Assembly: GCA_963777605.1 (NCBI GenBank)
Contig: CAVZRV010000008.1
Location: 1-64,000, forward strand
Length of the DNA: 64,000 bases
Source of the DNA: an uncultured Acidobacteriota bacterium
GTDB taxonomy: Bacteria > Acidobacteriota > UBA6911 > RPQK01 > JAPXNP01
Reading direction: 5' to 3'
The position numbers and the translations under genes are program-made. The notes beneath the pieces were generated by a model. That model did not search any database, was not told the origin of the DNA, and worked only from the letters and a program-made list of their open reading frames with translations. Shown here one piece after another: positions 61,065-64,000 of the stretch. Position 1 is the first letter of the stretch. Every line of letters begins with the position of its first letter.

Positions 61065-61103
61065 GAGCATCTACGTTCCACGATTTCTGATTTGATTTGG
61101 GGA

Positions 61104-62464
61104 CTAAAATCTTTGCATCGGACTTCCGTTAGAGGTCAGGCTTGACTGTTGAAAGCCGTTTTCCGTCTGGAGCGCAAACAGAACGAAATCACAGGGAGCG
61201 GTCACCATCAACGTCCCCCGAAATTCCTCCGGCAACGTCTGACTGGCTTGAGGACTGTTCCCGCCGGGATTCCCGAAATACTCGCCGACATACTTTACGG
61301 TTGCCTGGCCCGGTTCACCATTGATGATTGCCAATCCGGTGAACTTGTCGTCATCACTGACGAACAACATCTTTATGGGAACATGCTGGAGAGGCTTCAT
61401 TATCTGGGGAATGTAGACCCCCACCCCAGTGTTATTGTCGATGGCTATCCCCCTTTCAATCTGCGTCCCCTTCTCGACGAAGATGGAATGGAAGGTGTCC
61501 GGCCGGCCGACCGAGATCCCGGCGCTCCCCTTCAGGGTGCCCTGGAGATCCCTGGTGTCGTAACGAACACTCAAGTCGAGGTTCGGGTTTCCGAGTCCCC
61601 AAGGAACGCTCACGGAAGCACCGAAGAACCCGATCGTGTCGTCGGGGCTCTTCACGTCGATCTGCTTGCTCGTTCCCGCCGGGATCACGAATTCGTGACT
61701 GGGCTTGATCATGTCGCCGATCTTGACCGCGGCCGGTTGCCCGGTTTGAATGTTGAGGAAATCGAGAGTGACAGGCCAGTCGATGCAGTCGGTGTTCGTG
61801 ATCTGGACTTTGCTGGAGACGCTGTAGTCCCCAATCAGGCCAGTGGGAATATAGGGGAGATTGAAGGAGTTGTTGATGATCTTACGGACCGATTCGGTGT
61901 TCCCATCCCAGTCGATGGAAATGTCTACCGGGATCGGAGCGTCGCCCGTTTTCAGCCCCTCCCAGAAGGCGTAATTGTACCGTCCAGTCGGCATCGTCGG
62001 CAAAAAGCCTCTGACCTGATCGATGGTCACGGTCTGCCCCGCAATATTCAGTCGTGGCTCGGTGGGCTCGGGAATCCCGTTCTGGTTTGTGTCCAGGTGG
62101 GCCCGGTTTCAGACCACGAAAGGAAGTACAGGGAATTGGTGATGTCTCGCTGGATGCTCTCATACTTGAATTCTCCGATTACCTGGTTTGTCGGCAATGG
62201 CCCGACCTGTACGCCCGCTGGGAAGGTAAATCGGTTCACCTCCGGTGGAGCCAGGCCCGGTTCGGTAATGGTGTATTCATTGAGGAACTTGCCTTTGAAC
62301 TTATTCGTGTTCCTCATTCTCAGAACCGCCTGCTGGGGGGATTCGAAGAGATCCAGATCAACCATTTTCTTGATCGAGAAACCTCTCAACGGACCATTTC
62401 TTTCGGCGATTAGCGTTGGAACTAACAGCACAGACAGGATGACGGAAAACAGGACTTTCCTCAT
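61104..62464 (-). CDS. Hypothetical secreted protein split by one frameshift near 62100
   Basis: The MRKVLF signal-peptide ORF continues, after a shift, into HLDTNQNGIPEPTEPRLNIAGQTVTID, which is in frame with ORF 61104..62030. Confidence 0.65.
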
Positions 62465-62614
62465 CGTTTTTGCCTCCTTTGCGGCCGACACAGGTGGGCG
62501 GTTGTTGCTGGAGTTGTTGACTATTATTCACATATAGACAGAAAAAACAACACACTTCCCGGAGATTTCCTGCCGGGGCTCAATTTTCTCTTTCGAACTG
62601 CTATGCTTCCGATC

Positions 62615-64000
62615 ATGAAACGTCTTCACGCATCGAGATTTGGTGTGCGGAGTCTCGTTCCCAGCCTCTTCCTCCTTATGCTGGTGCTGACGAACTTCTC
62701 CTGTAAGGTGTCTCCGGTTCCGGACAACAAAGGAAAACCGCTCTATTCCTTTGAATCAGCCGCCGAGGTCGAGGCGGTCGAAGCGCGGAACTGCACGATC
62801 GCGGCGGTCGCGGAGCACGCTACGGACGGGAGCAGTGCCATCCGGGTGTTGACTGAAGGGGGCGATAAACCGGAAATCGAGTTCGTGCCGGCGCAAGGGA
62901 GTTGGAACTGGACCGGATTCGACCGGCTGGCGGTGGACGTATTCAATCCGACCGGTGATGAAGTAGGCCTCCGGATCCGCCTTGATGACGACCCGGCGGC
63001 AACTGAAGCGGTCCACAGCGTGAGTGGTGGAACAACCATTTCACCCGGCCGCTCGGTCAGCGTCTACCTCCCGTTCGGCAGCAACGGTTCCACCGAAAAG
63101 GGGATGCGGGGGGCACCGTCGATTCCCGGTGTGGAGCCGCTGACTTACCTGTCCATGGAGCGCCTGGTTGACGAGTCGCACCTGGTTCGCCTGGCTATTT
63201 CGGGGTTCGGCGGTGAAGCACCGCGGGAGCTGATTCTGGACAACATCCGGCTCCTTCCTCCTGGCAACTATGAAGGAATCATTGATCCTTTCGGGCAGTA
63301 CACGGGATTGGACTGGCCCGGCAAGGTTAAGGAGGTTTCCGATCTCGAACGGGCGCTTGACGCGGAAGCGGCCCAGATTCAGGCGGCGCCGACACTGCCC
63401 GACCGCGACGAGTATGGCGGCTGGACAGGTGGTCCACAGGAACAGGCAACCGGCTTCTTTCGCACCGTGGAACGCGACGGGAAGTGGTGGTTGGTGACCC
63501 CGTCGGGGCATCTCTTTCTTTCGCTGGGGGTCGATGTCCTGCTTCTCAGTGACGGTCCCACTTTGCTTGAGGGCAGGGAGCGAATGTTCACAGCCCTTCC
63601 CGCTGAAGGGGACCCATTGGCTCGCCATTTCGGGTCGGTGGACCGGGTCCTGTATGGCCCGATCAAGCACGGCCGAACCTTCAACTTCTACACCTCCAAC
63701 CTCGAACGCAAGTACGGACGCGACTATGTGGACCGCTGGCGCTCCGTGTCGCTCGACCGGTTGCAGGCATGGGGGTTCAACACGATTGCCAACTGGTCTG
63801 ACCCTGCCCTCTATGCCCTTTCCCGGGTCCCCTACACGGCGACAATCGATCTCCGCGGCGATTACGCGCGCGTGGCCAGCGGCCAGGACTATTGGGGCAA
63901 GATGCACGATCCGTTCGATCCCAAGTTTGCAGCCGCGGTTGATCAGAGCGTTCGCGAGACGGTGGGGCGCTACCGGAATGATCCCTGGTGCATCGGATAC
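62615..64000 (+). CDS. GH50 (beta-agarase-like) glycoside hydrolase, possible lipoprotein; truncated by window end
   Basis: Not in the ORF track; translated by hand. IDPFGQY..DWPGK, DEYGGW, TGFFR..GKWWLVTPSG, NFYTSNLERKYG, WGFNTIANWS, DPFDP and DPWCIGY. Confidence 0.85.
   Translation, partial: MKRLHASRFGVRSLVPSLFLLMLVLTNFSCKVSPVPDNKGKPLYSFESAAEVEAVEARNCTIAAVAEHATDGSSAIRVLTEGGDKPEIEFVPAQGSWNWTGFDRLAVDVFNPTGDEVGLRIRLDDDPAATEAVHSVSGGTTISPGRSVSVYLPFGSNGSTEKGMRGAPSIPGVEPLTYLSMERLVDESHLVRLAISGFGGEAPRELILDNIRLLPPGNYEGIIDPFGQYTGLDWPGKVKEVSDLERALDAEAAQIQAAPTLPDRDEYGGWTGGPQEQATGFFRTVERDGKWWLVTPSGHLFLSLGVDVLLLSDGPTLLEGRERMFTALPAEGDPLARHFGSVDRVLYGPIKHGRTFNFYTSNLERKYGRDYVDRWRSVSLDRLQAWGFNTIANWSDPALYALSRVPYTATIDLRGDYARVASGQDYWGKMHDPFDPKFAAAVDQSVRETVGRYRNDPWCIGY

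Overview
A 64 kb bacterial window of moderately high GC. The gene style suggests Acidobacteriota, which is inference only. It has two zones. (1) About 1-19.2 kb is a tRNA-Asp-anchored defence island with a tyrosine integrase and excisionase-like HTH. It carries a complete type 1 BREX operon (brxA-B-C-pglX-pglZ-brxL) bracketed by a stand-alone EVE-domain gene and an Mrr-type nuclease. A tRNA-Cys 3' fragment lies at the far end. This zone is full of frameshifts, most likely from low-coverage or heterogeneous long-read consensus, and pglX is mosaic with a scrambled specificity region. (2) About 19.2-64 kb is largely intact backbone. It encodes peptidases, trmI, pdxH, a RAYT transposase between two 162-bp REP-rich direct repeats, and a two-AcrB RND system. 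It also holds a three-gene cytochrome bd/cytochrome c fusion operon and a group 3d hoxFUYHW hydrogenase with a sigma54 motif and a two-component pair. The remainder includes CocE/NonD, CstA, glutaminyl cyclase, ALDH, an epimerase, SulP, and a GH50-like gene running off the right edge.
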